Positions 48,972-60,797 of a stretch of 64,000 nucleotides of DNA are shown in pieces. The position numbers and the translations under genes were made by a program. Source of the stretch: Macrostomum lignano (Eukaryota). The notes below the pieces were generated by a model. The model did not search any database. It was not told where the DNA came from and saw only the letters and a program-made list of their open reading frames with translations. The stretch covers positions 229 to 64,228 of the forward strand of contig NIVC01003093.1 in NCBI GenBank assembly GCA_002269645.1, written 5' to 3'. Each line of letters starts with the position of its first letter. Position 1 is the stretch's first letter.

Positions 48972-51900
48972 ATGGATGGTGGATGCAGGATTAGAGAGTT
49001 GACAGCTTACGTTTGCCTCTTATCTATGGGTAAGTGCTTAAATTATGTACTGACATAGTAGCTTATGCCAGGAGAATGTGGAAAACCCCCATCCGTTGCA
49101 GTAGCAGCAACTGCCATAAACTATAAGCAACCATTGATTAAGGTTGTACTTGTACCATAGATATTTCTGCTCTCCATCCATTTTACCATAGACTATTTTT
49201 GTTTTCTTTACATAAACTTCTGAAAGCTGACCATTTGCTATTATCGGGGCGGTTAATAATAGAGTTTTGGCTCTATTTTGGCCATAGACAGTTCATCGTA
49301 TTAACTATTGCTTTTTAAGCCAAGTCAGTATAGCATTGTGCAGCCCATTTGAACTGACACGCATTGAATTTCATCCAAGATATATATGTTTGCCAAAGTA
49401 TGGCGCTTTTGTCTATGGTAGCAAGGACCAAAATTGGACCAAATTAAATGCTGCTGTGCCTGCCTTGCTACCATAGACAAAAGCGGCATTACTTTGACAA
49501 ACCTATCTTAGACTAAATTCAATGCGTGTAGGCCCAAACGGACTGCAAAAAGCTATAGCTAAGTCTTACCAAGTTGAGAATTGCCATTTGACAGCAGTGG
49601 ATTTGGTCTTGCCCATAGACATCGATATAGACGGAAACTAACATGTACGATTGCTTACCCTCGACTCAAAACTGCAGCAGCCAGCACAGCTCATACCCAG
49701 CAGCTCAGCTGCTACAGCTGCAGCTCATCCAAAGACCTGTCAATCTGCCTGTCAACCGTGACCCTATGCAGATCGGCTTCCCACTGCTGCTTCAAAGCCG
49801 AGATCCCGGACCCGAGAGGAATCCCGGCCGCCAAGGTTTACTCCATGGCAAGTGCTGGGCATTTTGCCAGTGTCTTACATTTGTGTAATTCATTAGTAGA
49901 GTAACTTATTTCACTGGCGCTTAGTGAGATTTTAGTGGAATCTGATGGCATTCAAGTGAGAATCTGATGAGACTCAAGTGAAAATCTGATGAGACTCAAG
50001 TGAGAATCTGATGAGACTCAAGTGAAAATCTGATGAGACTCAAGTGAGAATCTGATGAGACTCAAGTGAGAATCTGATGAGACTCAAGTGAAAATCTGAT
50101 GAGACTCAAGTGAGAATCTGATGAGATTCCAGTGAGAATCTGATGAGACTCAAGTGAGAATGTGATGAGACTCAAGTGAGAATGTGATGAGACTCAAGTG
50201 AGAATCTGATGAGACTCAAGTGAGAATGTGATGAGACTCAAGTGAGAATCTGATGAGATTCCAGTTAGAATCTGATGAGACTCAAGTGAGAATCTGATGA
50301 GATTCCAGTGAGAATCTGATGAGACTCAAGTGAGAATCTGATGGGACTCAAGTGAGAATCTGATGAGATTCCAGTGAGAATCTGATGGGACTCAAGTGAG
50401 AATCTGACGAGACTCAAGTGAGAATCTGATGAGACTCAAGTGAGAATCTGATGAGACTCAAGTGAGAATCTGATGAGACTCAAGTGAGAATCTGATGGGA
50501 CTTGAGTGAGAATCTGATGAGACTCAAGTGAGAATCTGATGAGACTCAAGAGAGAATCTGATGAGATTCCAGTGAGAATCTGATGAGACTCAAGTGAGAA
50601 TCTGATGAGATTCCAGTGAGAATCTGATGAGACTCAAGTGAGAATCTGATGAGACTCAAGTGAGAATCTGATGAGACTCAAGTGAGAATGTGATGAGACT
50701 CAAGTGAGAATCTGATGAGACTCAAGTGAGAATCTGATGAGACTCAAGTGAGAATCTGATGAGACTCAAGTGAGAATGTGATGAGACTCAAGTGAGAATG
50801 TGATGAGACTCAAGTGAAAATCTGATGAGACTCAAGTGAGAATCTGATGAGACTCAAGTGAAAATCTGATGAGACTCAAGTGAGAATCTGATGAGACTCA
50901 AGTGAGAATCTGATGAGACTCAAGTGAAAATCTGATGAGACTCAAGTGAGAATCTGATGAGACTCAAGTGAAAATCTGATGAGACTCAAGTGAGAATCTG
51001 ATGAGACTCAAGTGAGAATCTTATGAGACTCAAGTGAGAATCTGATGAGACTCAAGTGAGAATCTGATGAGACTCAAGTGAGAATGTGATGAGACTCAAG
51101 TGAGAATCTGATGAGATTCCAGTGAGAATCTGATGAGACTCAAGTGAGAATCTGATGAGACTCAAGTGAGAATCTGATGAGACTCAAGTGAGAATCTGAT
51201 GAGACTCAAGTGAAAATCTGATGAGATTCCAGTGAGAATCTGATGAGACTCAAGTGAGAATGTGATGAGACTCAAGTGAGAATGTGATGAGACTCAAGTG
51301 AAAATCTGATGAGACTCAAGTGAGAATGTGATGAGACTCAAGTGAAAATCTGATGAGACTCAAGTGAGAATCTGATGAGACTCAAGTGAGAATCTGATGA
51401 GACTCAAGTGAGAATGTGATGAGACTCAAGTGAGAATGTGATGAGACTCAAGTGAAAATCTGATGAGACTCAAGTGAGAATGTGATGAGACTCAAGTGAG
51501 AATCTGATGAGACTCAAGTGAGAATCTGATGAGACTCAAGTGAGAATCTGATGAGACTCAAGTGAGAATCTGATGAGATTCCAGTGAGAATCTGATGAGA
51601 CTCAAGTGAGAATGTGATGAGACTCAAGTGAGAATGTGATGAGACTCAAGTGAGAATGTGATGAGACTCAAGTGAGAATGTGATGAGACTCAAGTGAGAA
51701 TCTGATGAGATTCCAGTGAGAATCTGATGAGACTCAAGTGAGAATGTGATGAGATTCCAGTGAGAATCTGATGAGACTCAAGTGAGAATCTGATGAGACT
51801 CAAGTGAGAATCTGATGAGATTCCAGTGAGAATCTGATGAGACTCAAGTGAGAATGTGATGAGACTCAAGTGAGAATGTGATGAGACTCAAGTGAGAATG

Positions 51901-52234
51901 TGATGAGACTCAAGTGAGAATGTGATGAGACTCAAGTGAGAATCTGATGAGACTCAAGTGAGAATCTGATGAGACTCAAGTGAGAATCATTTAATAACAG
52001 AATCAAAATCATCAAATCGCCCCTCAGGGCTGCATGGACGCCCGCCAATGCCGCCAACAGCCGCAGTCCTCAGCCAAGGACCTGTGCCGCAGACGGGGCC
52101 AGACCTGCTACAGCTGCTGCAGCGACCGCGGTTTGTGCAACGGCGCAACTTGGCAAACCGCTACTGCCCTGCTAATGACTCTGCCCACTCTGACACTGGC
52201 TGTGCTACGTGTTTATGTCAACGAATATTATTAA
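48972..52234 (+). CDS. Ly6/uPAR (three-finger, CD59-like) protein with signal peptide and probable GPI signal, about 144 aa; exons 48972-49029, 49678-49847, 52028-52234
   Basis: MDGGCRIRELTAYVCLLSM A|ASTAHTQQLSCYSC..C..C..CCFK..VYSM|GC..C..C..CYSCCSDRGLCNG followed by a hydrophobic tail. Phase-1 intron after the signal peptide and terminal CCxxxxxCN are typical of LU-domain genes. Confidence 0.85.
49339..49547. mobile_element. Hairpin MITE-like element (about 85-bp imperfect inverted arms) in Ly6 intron 1
   Basis: ACACGCATTGAATTT..GCTTTTGTCTATGGTAGCAAGG is mirrored by CCTTGCTACCATAGACAAAAGC..AAATTCAATGCGTGT. Confidence 0.8.
49945..51990. repeat. 22-bp minisatellite GAGACTCAAGTGAGAATCTGAT, about 90 copies, Ly6 intron 2
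   Basis: Directly visible. Confidence 0.97.
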
Positions 52235-52399
52235 CATAATATTGAGATGGTTCTCGGGAGCCCAGACTCGATTCCGCGAATCAATTTGGGATTCAACTTC
52301 AACAAGTCCAAAACTCTCAGTCCGAATTCTCCAACTTATGAAAGCGAACACACGGGAGGGATACAGTGTGTACATGCCAGACGATAGTTCTTCGTGTTC

Positions 52400-52860
52400 A
52401 CGTTGTCGTGTCGTATTGTCATGTCACGTTTTCATGTTGTGTTGTCATGTTGTCGTGTTGTATTTTCATTTCGTGTACTCGTGTTGTCGTAATGTCATAA
52501 TGTAGTGTTGTCATGTTGTATTGTCATAATGTCATATTGTCATAATGTAGTGTTGTCATGTTGTAGTGTTGTCGTTGTCGTGTTGTCATATTGTCGTTGT
52601 CGTGTTGTCATATTGTCGTTGTCGTGTTGTCATGTTGTTATATTGTTGTTGTCATGTCGTGTACTCGTGTTGTCATATTGTCATGATGTAGTTTTTGTCA
52701 TATTGTCGTTGTCGTGTTGTCATATTGTCGTTGTCGTGTTGTCATGTTGTTATATTGTTGTTGTCATGTCGTGTACTCGTGTTGTCATATTGTCATGATG
52801 TAGTTTTTGTCATATTGTCGTTGTCGTGTTGTCTTATTGTCATGTCATGCGTCACGTTGT
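52400..52860. repeat. Degenerate GTTGTC/GTCAT low-complexity repeat with a duplicated block
   Basis: Directly visible; explains the V/L/S/C-rich ORFs. Confidence 0.85.
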
Positions 52861-53395
52861 CAGAAATTGTTGCAGTCACTCACAAGTTGGTGGTCGAATC
52901 TGAGATCAAATGTGAAATAAAATTCAGTTGACTAATTTCCCCCTTCCCCCTATCCCCCTACTGGAATATTACAATATTAAATTTTAGTCCTTTGTTAACA
53001 GTTTTATACAAAAAAAACAATAATAAAAAATAAGTGACATCGGACATGACACTGACAAGTTGCTACAGGCAGGTCCGCTGACACCCGAAAAGGGCATAAT
53101 TACCCAAACAAAGAAACGGACAGTGATCAGAATAAAAGACAATTTCTTTTTGGCAATTTCTGCATCAAAGGAGGTGCTGAATAAGCATCTTAAAGGTTTT
53201 TCTTTTGACCGAGTTTATGCAACCACCAAGGCATTGTGTAGTAGCAGGTTACATATAAATGCCTTCAATTCTGTCTGCATATTGAACTATAAAAATATTA
53301 GAATACAGAAAAACGCTAGAAAACTGATTCAATAGCTTTGATAGGACATGTTATTTAAAGAAGCAGGTGTGGTGCACATACGAGCTCATCAATTC

Positions 53396-54430
53396 GTTAG
53401 TTCACCAGTTCACAAGTTCACCAGTTCACAAGTTCACCAGTTCACAAGTTCACCAGTTCACAAGTTCACCAGTTCACAAGTTCACCAGTTCACAAGTTCA
53501 CCAGTTCACAAGTTCACCAGTTCACAAGTTCACCAGTTCACAAGTTCACCAGTTAACAAGTTCACCAGTTCACAAGTTCACCAGTTCACAAGTTCACCAG
53601 TTCACAAGTTCACCAGTTCACAAGTTCACCAGTTCACAAGTTCACCAGTTCACAAGTTCACCAGTTCACAAGTTCACCAGTTCACAAGTTCACCAGTTCA
53701 CAAGTTCACCAGTTCACAAGTTCACCAGTTCACAAGTTCACCAGTTAACAAGTTCACCAGTTCACAAGTTCACCAGTTCACAAGTTCACCAGTTCACAAG
53801 TTCACCAGTTCACAAGTTCACCAGTTCACAAGTTCACCAGTTCACAAGTTCACCAGTTCACAAGTTCACCAGTTCACAAGTTCACCAGTTCACAAGTTCA
53901 CAAGTTCACCAGTTCACAAGTTCACCAGTTCACAAGTTCACCAGTTCACAAGTTCACTAGTTCACAAGTTCACCAGTTCACAAGTTCACCAGTTCACAAG
54001 TTCACCAGTTCACAAGTTCACAAGTTCACCAGTTCACAAGTTCACCAGTTTACAAGTTCACCAGTTCACAAGTTCACCAGTTCACAAGTTCACAAGTTCA
54101 CCAGTTCACAAGTTCACAAGTTCACCAGTTCACAAGTTCACACCAGTTCACAAGTTCACAAGTTCACCAGTTCACAAGTTCACCAGTTCACAAGTTCACC
54201 AGTTCACAAGTTCACCAGTTCACAAGTTCACCAGTTTACAAGTTCACCAGTTCACAAGTTCACCAGTTTACAAGTTCACCAGTTCACAAGTTCACCAGTT
54301 CACAAGTTCACCAGTTAACAAGTTCACCAGTTCACCAGTTCACAAGTTCACCAGTTCACAAGTTCACAAGTTCACCAGTTCACAAGTTCACCAGTTCACA
54401 AGTTCACCAGTTCACAAGTTCACCAGTTCA
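53396..54430. repeat. 9/18-bp repeat (AGTTCACCA-AGTTCACAA type)
   Basis: Directly visible; abuts the stop codon at 54434. Confidence 0.96.
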
Positions 54431-54433
54431 CAC

Positions 54434-55708
54434 TCAGACGTACATCCCGGAGTCGCCGCCGGCGCTCACCGGCTGCCTGTGAAAGCGAATCCCGTTGAGG
54501 CTGCGCTCCAGGCTGAAGGCGAGGCCCAGCCGGTCGGCCAGACAGGCCTGGAAGGCGGCCACGGAGGGCGAGTCAACGCTGGCCACCTTGGCTCGGTGGC
54601 GGACGCAGGCCAGCAGGGTGAAGGGCAGCCGGTCCACCAGAGCGAACTGGACAAAGCAGCACAGGAAGGCGTCCCGGACTGGACTAGCGGTAAGGTCCAG
54701 GCTGGGCAGGCCGGGGTCCAGTCTGTCAGCGGCTCCGTTGAAGGCGGTCTCGGTGAGTCGAGCCGCTCCCCCGTCTGCCCTGTTGTCGATATCGTCCAGC
54801 AACTCAATTGGATTAGCAGCTGCGTCCGGCAGGTGCAGACAGCTGAGTAGGTGGACTCGGCTAACTTTGAACTGTTCGAATAGTTGGAAAACTCGCTGCA
54901 TCACCAAGTGCACTCGGCTCGGAGGGACGTGCGAGTTCACTAGGATGAGAGAGTACTGCTCGTACTTCAGGTTCAGCACCTGGGCAAAATGGGGTGGTGC
55001 GAAATGTGCCTTGATCTTAGCTCGAATGTGTATCTCGATTACTTTTTATGAGCCCGCAACCCTTGATTGTCACTCTCTAAGTATCACTCTTTAACACTCT
55101 GATTGTCACTCTTTAACACTCTGATTGTCACTCTTTAACACTCTGATTGTCACTCTTCATTACTCTGATTGTCACTCTTCATTACTCTGATTGTCACTCT
55201 TCATTACTCTGATTGTCACTCTTCATTACTCTGATTGTCACTCTTCATTACTCTGATTGTCACTCTTCATTATTCAGATTGTCACTCTTCATTACTCTGA
55301 TTGTCACTCTTCATTACTCTGATTGTCACTATTCATTACTCTGATTGTCACTCTTCATTACTCTGATTGTCACTCTTCATTATTCAGATTGTCACTCTTC
55401 ATTACTCTGATTGCCACCCTCCCCGTCTATTCACCAACCTGCAGTGGCTTGAGCTCTCCCTCCATTGGCGGAGTGCCGTCCCACCGTTCGCAGGCGGGCA
55501 GCAACAGCTGCTGCTGGGCCCCGTCATCTCTGCCGCAGGGCAGCCCAGGCACATCCAGGTCCCAGAATTCGACCCTGGCCTCGATGCCTAGCAAAGCCCG
55601 GAGGCTGCTAGCGTTCAAATCGCAGTAGCCGACTAAACAGGCGCGGTTCAGGTACAGCTGGTCCTCCGCCATGCGGCTGAAGACCGCTATGCGACTGCTG
55701 CTGCTCAT
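54434..55708 (-). CDS. Uncharacterised protein of 271 aa, tentatively PAC1/PSMG1-like proteasome-chaperone fold; exons 55708-55439 and 54979-54434
   Basis: GC3-rich exons joined by a GT-AG phase-0 intron. The C-terminal LPSLDLTASPVRDAFLCCFVQFALVDRLPFTLLACV..SVAAFQACL..GMYV* loosely parallels PSMG1 (LLEQPNIVHDLPAAVLSYCQVWKIPAILYLC..VEAFKPIL..NIYT*). The gene is well supported; the family call is weak. Confidence 0.65.
55065..55412. repeat. 22-bp repeat CTCTGATTGTCACTCTTCATTA in the intron of the PAC-like gene
   Basis: Directly visible. Confidence 0.93.
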
Positions 55709-55786
55709 GACTGCCACTTCTCTAGCTGGATTTGCACTGCATGCAAAACATGCATGTACAAGCAATAGTGCTTGCGGTTGTTAACT

Positions 55787-57560
55787 GATTGGGGATATTG
55801 AAAGCCTGATTGGGGATGTTGATAGCCTGATTGGGGATGTTGATAGCCTGATTGGGGTCATGAAAGCCTGATTGGGAATATTGAAAGCCTGATTGGGGAT
55901 GTTGATAGCCTGATTGGGGATATTGATAGCCTGATTGGGGATGTTGATAGCCTGATTGGGGATATTGATAGCCTGATTGGGGATATTGATAGCCTGATTA
56001 GGGATATTGACAGCCTGATTAGGAATATTGATAGCCTGATTGGGGATATTGATAGCCTGATTGGGAATATTGATAGCCTGATTGGGGATATTGATAGCCT
56101 GATTGGGAATATTGATAGCCTGATTGGGAATATTGATAGCCTGATTGGGGATATTGATAGCCTGATTGGGGATATTGATAGTCTGATTGGGGATATTGAT
56201 AGCCTGATTGGGGATGTTGATAGCCTGATTGGGGATATTGATAGCCTGATTGAGAATATTGATAGCCTGATTGGGAATATTGATAGCCTGATTGGGAATA
56301 TATATTGATAGCCTGATTGGGAATATTGATAGCCTGATTGGGGATATTGATAGCCTGATTGAGAATATTGATAGCCTGATTGGGGATATTGATAGCCTGA
56401 TAGGGGATATTGATAGCCTGATTGGGGATATTGATAGCCTGATTGGGGATGTTGATAGCCTGATTGGGGATGTTGATAGCCTGATTGGGGATATTGAAAG
56501 CCTGATTGGGAATATTGAAAGCCTGATTGGGGATGTTGATAGCCTGATTGGGGATATTGATAGCCTGATTGGGGATGTTGATAGCCTGATTGGGGATATT
56601 GATAGCCTGATTGGGGATATTGATAGCCTGATTGGGGATATTGACAGCCTGATTAGGAATATTGATAGCCTGATTGGGGATATTGATAGCCTGATTGGGA
56701 ATATTGATAGCCTGATTGGGGATATTGATAGCCTGATTGAGAATATTGATAGCCTGATTGGGAATATTGATAGCCTGATTGGGGATATTGATAGCCTGAT
56801 TGGGGATATTGATAGTCTGATTGGGGATATTGATAGCCTGATTGGGGATGTTGATAGCCTGATTGGGGATATTGATAGCCTGATTGAGAATATTGATAGC
56901 CTGATTGGGAATATTGATAGCCTGATTGGGAATATATATTGATAGCCTGATTGGGAATATTGATAGCCTGATTGGGGATATTGATAGCCTGATTGAGAAT
57001 ATTGATAGCCTGATTGGGAATATTGATAGCCTGATTGGGGATATTGATAGCCTGATTGGGGATATTGATAGTCTGATTGGGGATATTGATAGCCTGATTG
57101 GGGATGTTGATAGCCTGATTGGGGATATTGATAGCCTGATTGAGAATATTGATAGCCTGATTGGGAATATTGATAGCCTGATTGGGAATATATATTGATA
57201 GCCTGATTGGGAATATTGATAGCCTGATTGGGGATATTGATAGCCTGATAGGGGATATTGATAGCCTGATTGGGGATATTGACAGCCTGATTGGGGATGT
57301 TGATAGCCTGATTGGGGATATTGATAGCCTGATTGAGAATATTGATAGCCTGATTGGGAATATTGATAGCCTGATTGGGAATATATATTGATAGCCTGAT
57401 TGGGAATATTGATAGCCTGATTGGGGATATTGATAGCCTGATAGGGGATATTGATAGCCTGATTGGGAATATATATTGATAGCCTGATTGGGAATATTGA
57501 TAGCCTGATTGGGGATATTGATAGCCTGATAGGGGATATTGATAGCCTGATTGGGGATGT
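55787..57560. repeat. 21-bp minisatellite GATAGCCTGATTGGGGATATT with higher-order blocks (about 256 bp)
   Basis: Directly visible; the GGGAATATATATT variant recurs at 56292, 56926, 57182, 57375 and 57460. Confidence 0.97.
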
Positions 57561-57894
57561 TGAAATCAGCAAAAACTCAGCTAAATTCAGCTAAAAAGAC
57601 ATGATTTCACATTAAATGTTTGAATGTTTGAAAGGAAAGGATTTCATGCAATATATTAAATATGAAATTACATGTGTATGAGTGTTGCAAATGCTATCAA
57701 ACACACTCATTGACAACAGCTGGTTAAGCTAAGTGGGCGAGTTGATATAAGACAACGACAATAGAAGAGATGCGGCATAAGATAAACATAAAAATGGATT
57801 CAAACATGACAATGGTAAAATTACTAATTATAGCACATGCTACAAAAAACTACATGTACAAAAGTATATGTAATTGCCACTCTAATGGTCACAT

Positions 57895-58790
57895 CGCTCT
57901 CATCACTCTAATGGTCACTCCCATCACTCTAATGGTCACTCCTATCACTCTAATGGCCACTCCCATCACTGTCACTCCATCATTCTAACTGCCACTCTCA
58001 TCACTCTAATGGTCACTCCCATCACTCTAATGGTCACTCCCATCACTCCAATGGCCACTCCCATCACTCTAATGGTCACTCCCATCACTCCAATGGCCAC
58101 TCCCATCACTCCAATGGCCACTCCCATCACTCTAATGGTCACTCCTATCACTCTAATGGCCACTCCCATCACTGTCACTCCATCATTCTAACTGCCACTC
58201 TCATCACTATAATGGTCACTCCCATCACTCCAATGGCCACTCCCATCACTCTAATGGCCACTCCCATCACTACAATGGCCACTCCCATCACTCCAATGGC
58301 CACTCCCATCACTCCAATGGCCACTCCCATCACTCCAATGGCCACTCCCATCACTCCAATGGCCACTCCCATCACTCTAATGGTCACTCCCATCACTCCA
58401 ATGGCCACTCCCATCACTCCAATGGCCACTCCCATCACTCCAATGGCCACTCCCATCACTCTAATGGTCACTCCCATCACTCCAATGGCCACTCCCATCA
58501 CTCCAATGGCCACTCCCATCACTCTAATGGTCACTCCCATCACTCCAATGGCCACTCCCATCACTCCAATGGCCACTCCCATCACTCCAATGGCCACTCC
58601 CATCACTCTAATGGTCACTCCCATCACTCCAATGGCCACTCCCATCACTCTAATGGTCACTCCCATCACTACAATGGCCACTCCGATCACTCTAACTGCC
58701 ACTCTCATCACTCTAATGGTCACTCCATCACTCTAACTGCCACTCTCATCACTCTAATTGTCACTCCCATCACTCTAACTGACACTCTTA
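57895..58790. repeat. 21-bp minisatellite ATCACTCCAATGGCCACTCCC
   Basis: Directly visible. Confidence 0.96.
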
Positions 58791-58858
58791 ATACTGAAAT
58801 AGCTGCTAAAAATCTAATTGTCACTACCAAACTCCCCAATTGCGAGCTCAAACCCAGG

Positions 58859-60797
58859 CTACTCATCCACATGCCACCCGTTAGCCTCATCCAGAATCCG
58901 TTTGCCCCATTTCGGCTTGAGTAGCAGCAGCTGGCGCAGCGAGAATTCTTTGCCAGCCAAGGCGCCGCGAGTTCGCGCCGCTTTGTAGGTTCTGCGAATC
59001 GAAGCCAGCACAGCCGGAGGCAGCGGCCTCTCCAGCTGCAGGCAGAGCCGACAGCGGCTTTGGTCTGCTGGCGTCGGCATAGAGAAGCCGAGCGACTCGC
59101 GGGCCCGTTGGAAATCTTCAGTATAAAATCTGATCAGCAGACTGGCGTGCCTGGCGCAGTAGGCGACGATCTCGGGCAGCGGGTGCGGCAGTATCAGGCA
59201 GCGGTTTGGCCCGACGCTCAGGCGGATGCAGTCAGCGAACAGCTGCACCGACACCTCGGCGCCTGCAGCTGGCGAGATGGCCGATCCGGCCAGGCGGATG
59301 GCGACCACACTAATGGGCTGGCACAGCGCTTCGGAGGCCACGGAGGCCGCTCTGGCGGCGGCGGCGGCAGTTGAATTGGCGTTGCTGGGGTCGCCAGGCG
59401 GGCTGTCGGAGCCGGGGCTGCTAGCCAGGGAAGCGGAGTCCTCAGCCAGGTCCTCGTCGCCGCTCTCGGCGCCGCTCTCGGCGCTGCTCTCGGCGACGCT
59501 CTCATTCAAAAAGTCGATGTCAACTGCCGCCTCCGGATCTTCGTCGCTGTCAGCGAGTTCGGGCTGCTGCGGCTCCTCTGCTCGTCGCTATCCTCGCTGT
59601 CCCGACGCTGTACGCTGGAGCTGATTCGCTCCGAGGCGCTGCGGCTCGCCTGACGAGCGCTCGACCGGACGGGCGGGGCGCGGACTGGCGCCGGCGCCGC
59701 CTCCCCCGAAGGCTCGTCGGTGCTCGCCGAACTGCGACGCCCGGCACCACGTCTGGCGCTGCCACTGCGCATGCGACTGGCGCCGCGCCCGCGACCCCAA
59801 CCGCCGCCGCTGGCGCGCCCAAAGCCAGGCGCAATGATGGCAGGCGGGGCCTTGGTATCTTCAGAGGCCTCTTCATTGACCGGAGCAGCAGTTGAGGCCG
59901 GTTCCAGCGGCTCCGCTTTGACTGCACAGCTGGCCGGCTCCGTTTTCACTCGCCGGGCTGGCGGCTCCGCAGCTGATGGCGCTGCCGTGGCGGTGGTGAG
60001 GTCAACTTGGCACCGTTTCCGATCGCCGCTTGCACGGCCAGCCGCAGGCGGAGGCTCGCTAGCGTCGGTCTCGACATTCGGCGGTGTCGGAGGCTTCTGA
60101 GCGGGCTGCTGCGAAGGCGGCTGCTGGGCAGAGGCGCCAGCTGCATCTTGGCCGCCGAAACGCAGGTGCAGCTGCATTGTGCCCTGTGTTAAATTGCGGA
60201 GCGAGTGACAGCAAGACTATTCTGTGGATTTTGGTGGCTAAGAGATCCAAATCCTGCATTTATAAGCATCAAGTTCATAACTAATAAAAAATAACTGATT
60301 ACACCAGGCCCATTGGGCCAGATGACCGGCAGATGTGCAACCGACAGCTCAGCTTCAGCTATAAAGACTGTTTAGTCCAAGGACTGGGGGGGGGGGTCGC
60401 CAAGCTAAAGCTGGCACCCATTTTACAGCTGAGTGAACTGAAGCAATGCAGAGTTCAGTGTCTTGCTCAAGGACACAAATGGTTCCAGTGGAATCAGACG
60501 CACTAACCACTAGGCTAAAACCCCATAAAGATGGTCTCCTACTGCAAAGAGTCAATCAGGTTCAGTAACCTTCATATGAACCTCCAATTGCATTCATACC
60601 TGACCATTGTGAGCAGCCTGGCAATGCTTTTGCACAATAAAAACTTTGTTTGTGAAGAGGCTGCAGATGCTGCACACAAATATTTGCGAGTTTGGTCCAC
60701 TAGGCTGACAGCAGCTGACGCTGTGCGTCAGAAAAGCAGCAAGGTCCGTGTATGGCTCATCGCAAGCCTTACAAATAAGGTCTGCTATAGCAGGCAT
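58859..60797 (-). CDS. Zinc-finger + disordered SIM/RGG region + SENP6/7-like PH-like domain protein, about 507 aa; exons 60797-60600 and 60183-58859, one 1-bp frameshift near 59580
   Basis: Exon 1 has CKAC..FLTHSVSC and FVCSIC..VQKHCQAAH fingers. The GT-AG phase-0 intron 60599-60184 joins NGQ|GTMQL. The frames join at DSDE-EEPQQPELADSDEDP. The C-terminus ..AIRLAG..VQLFADCIRL..LCLQLERPLPP..RILDEANGWHV resembles the SENP6 pre-catalytic domain (..SVRVG..FCLDFIKI..IILIFQNGLDPP..IPFEEANGRLV), recalled from memory. Confidence 0.7.
60325..60515 (-). mobile_element. Second CORE-type SINE copy (head partly deleted), in the intron of the ZnF/SENP-like gene
   Basis: Shares GCTGGCACCCATTTTACA..GAACTGAAGCAATGCAGAGTT..GTGTCTTGCTCAAGGACACA and GGCAGATGTRCAACCGACAGCTCAGC with 24357-24640. 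Confidence 0.85.

Noticed and set aside
47235-51990. CRISPR-like regular arrays
   Set aside because: Head-to-tail repeats with no unique spacers, no cas genes and a eukaryotic context.
53060-53335. Minus-strand fragment EIVFYSDHC resembling a DDE transposase motif
   Set aside because: Too short and interrupted by stops to support a call.
53348-58736. 500-aa, 517-aa and other repeat ORFs (VHKFTSS, IPNQAIN, DSLIGDI, TPMATPI)
   Set aside because: Translations of 9-, 18- and 21-bp tandem arrays; their non-repetitive parts are antisense to real exons.
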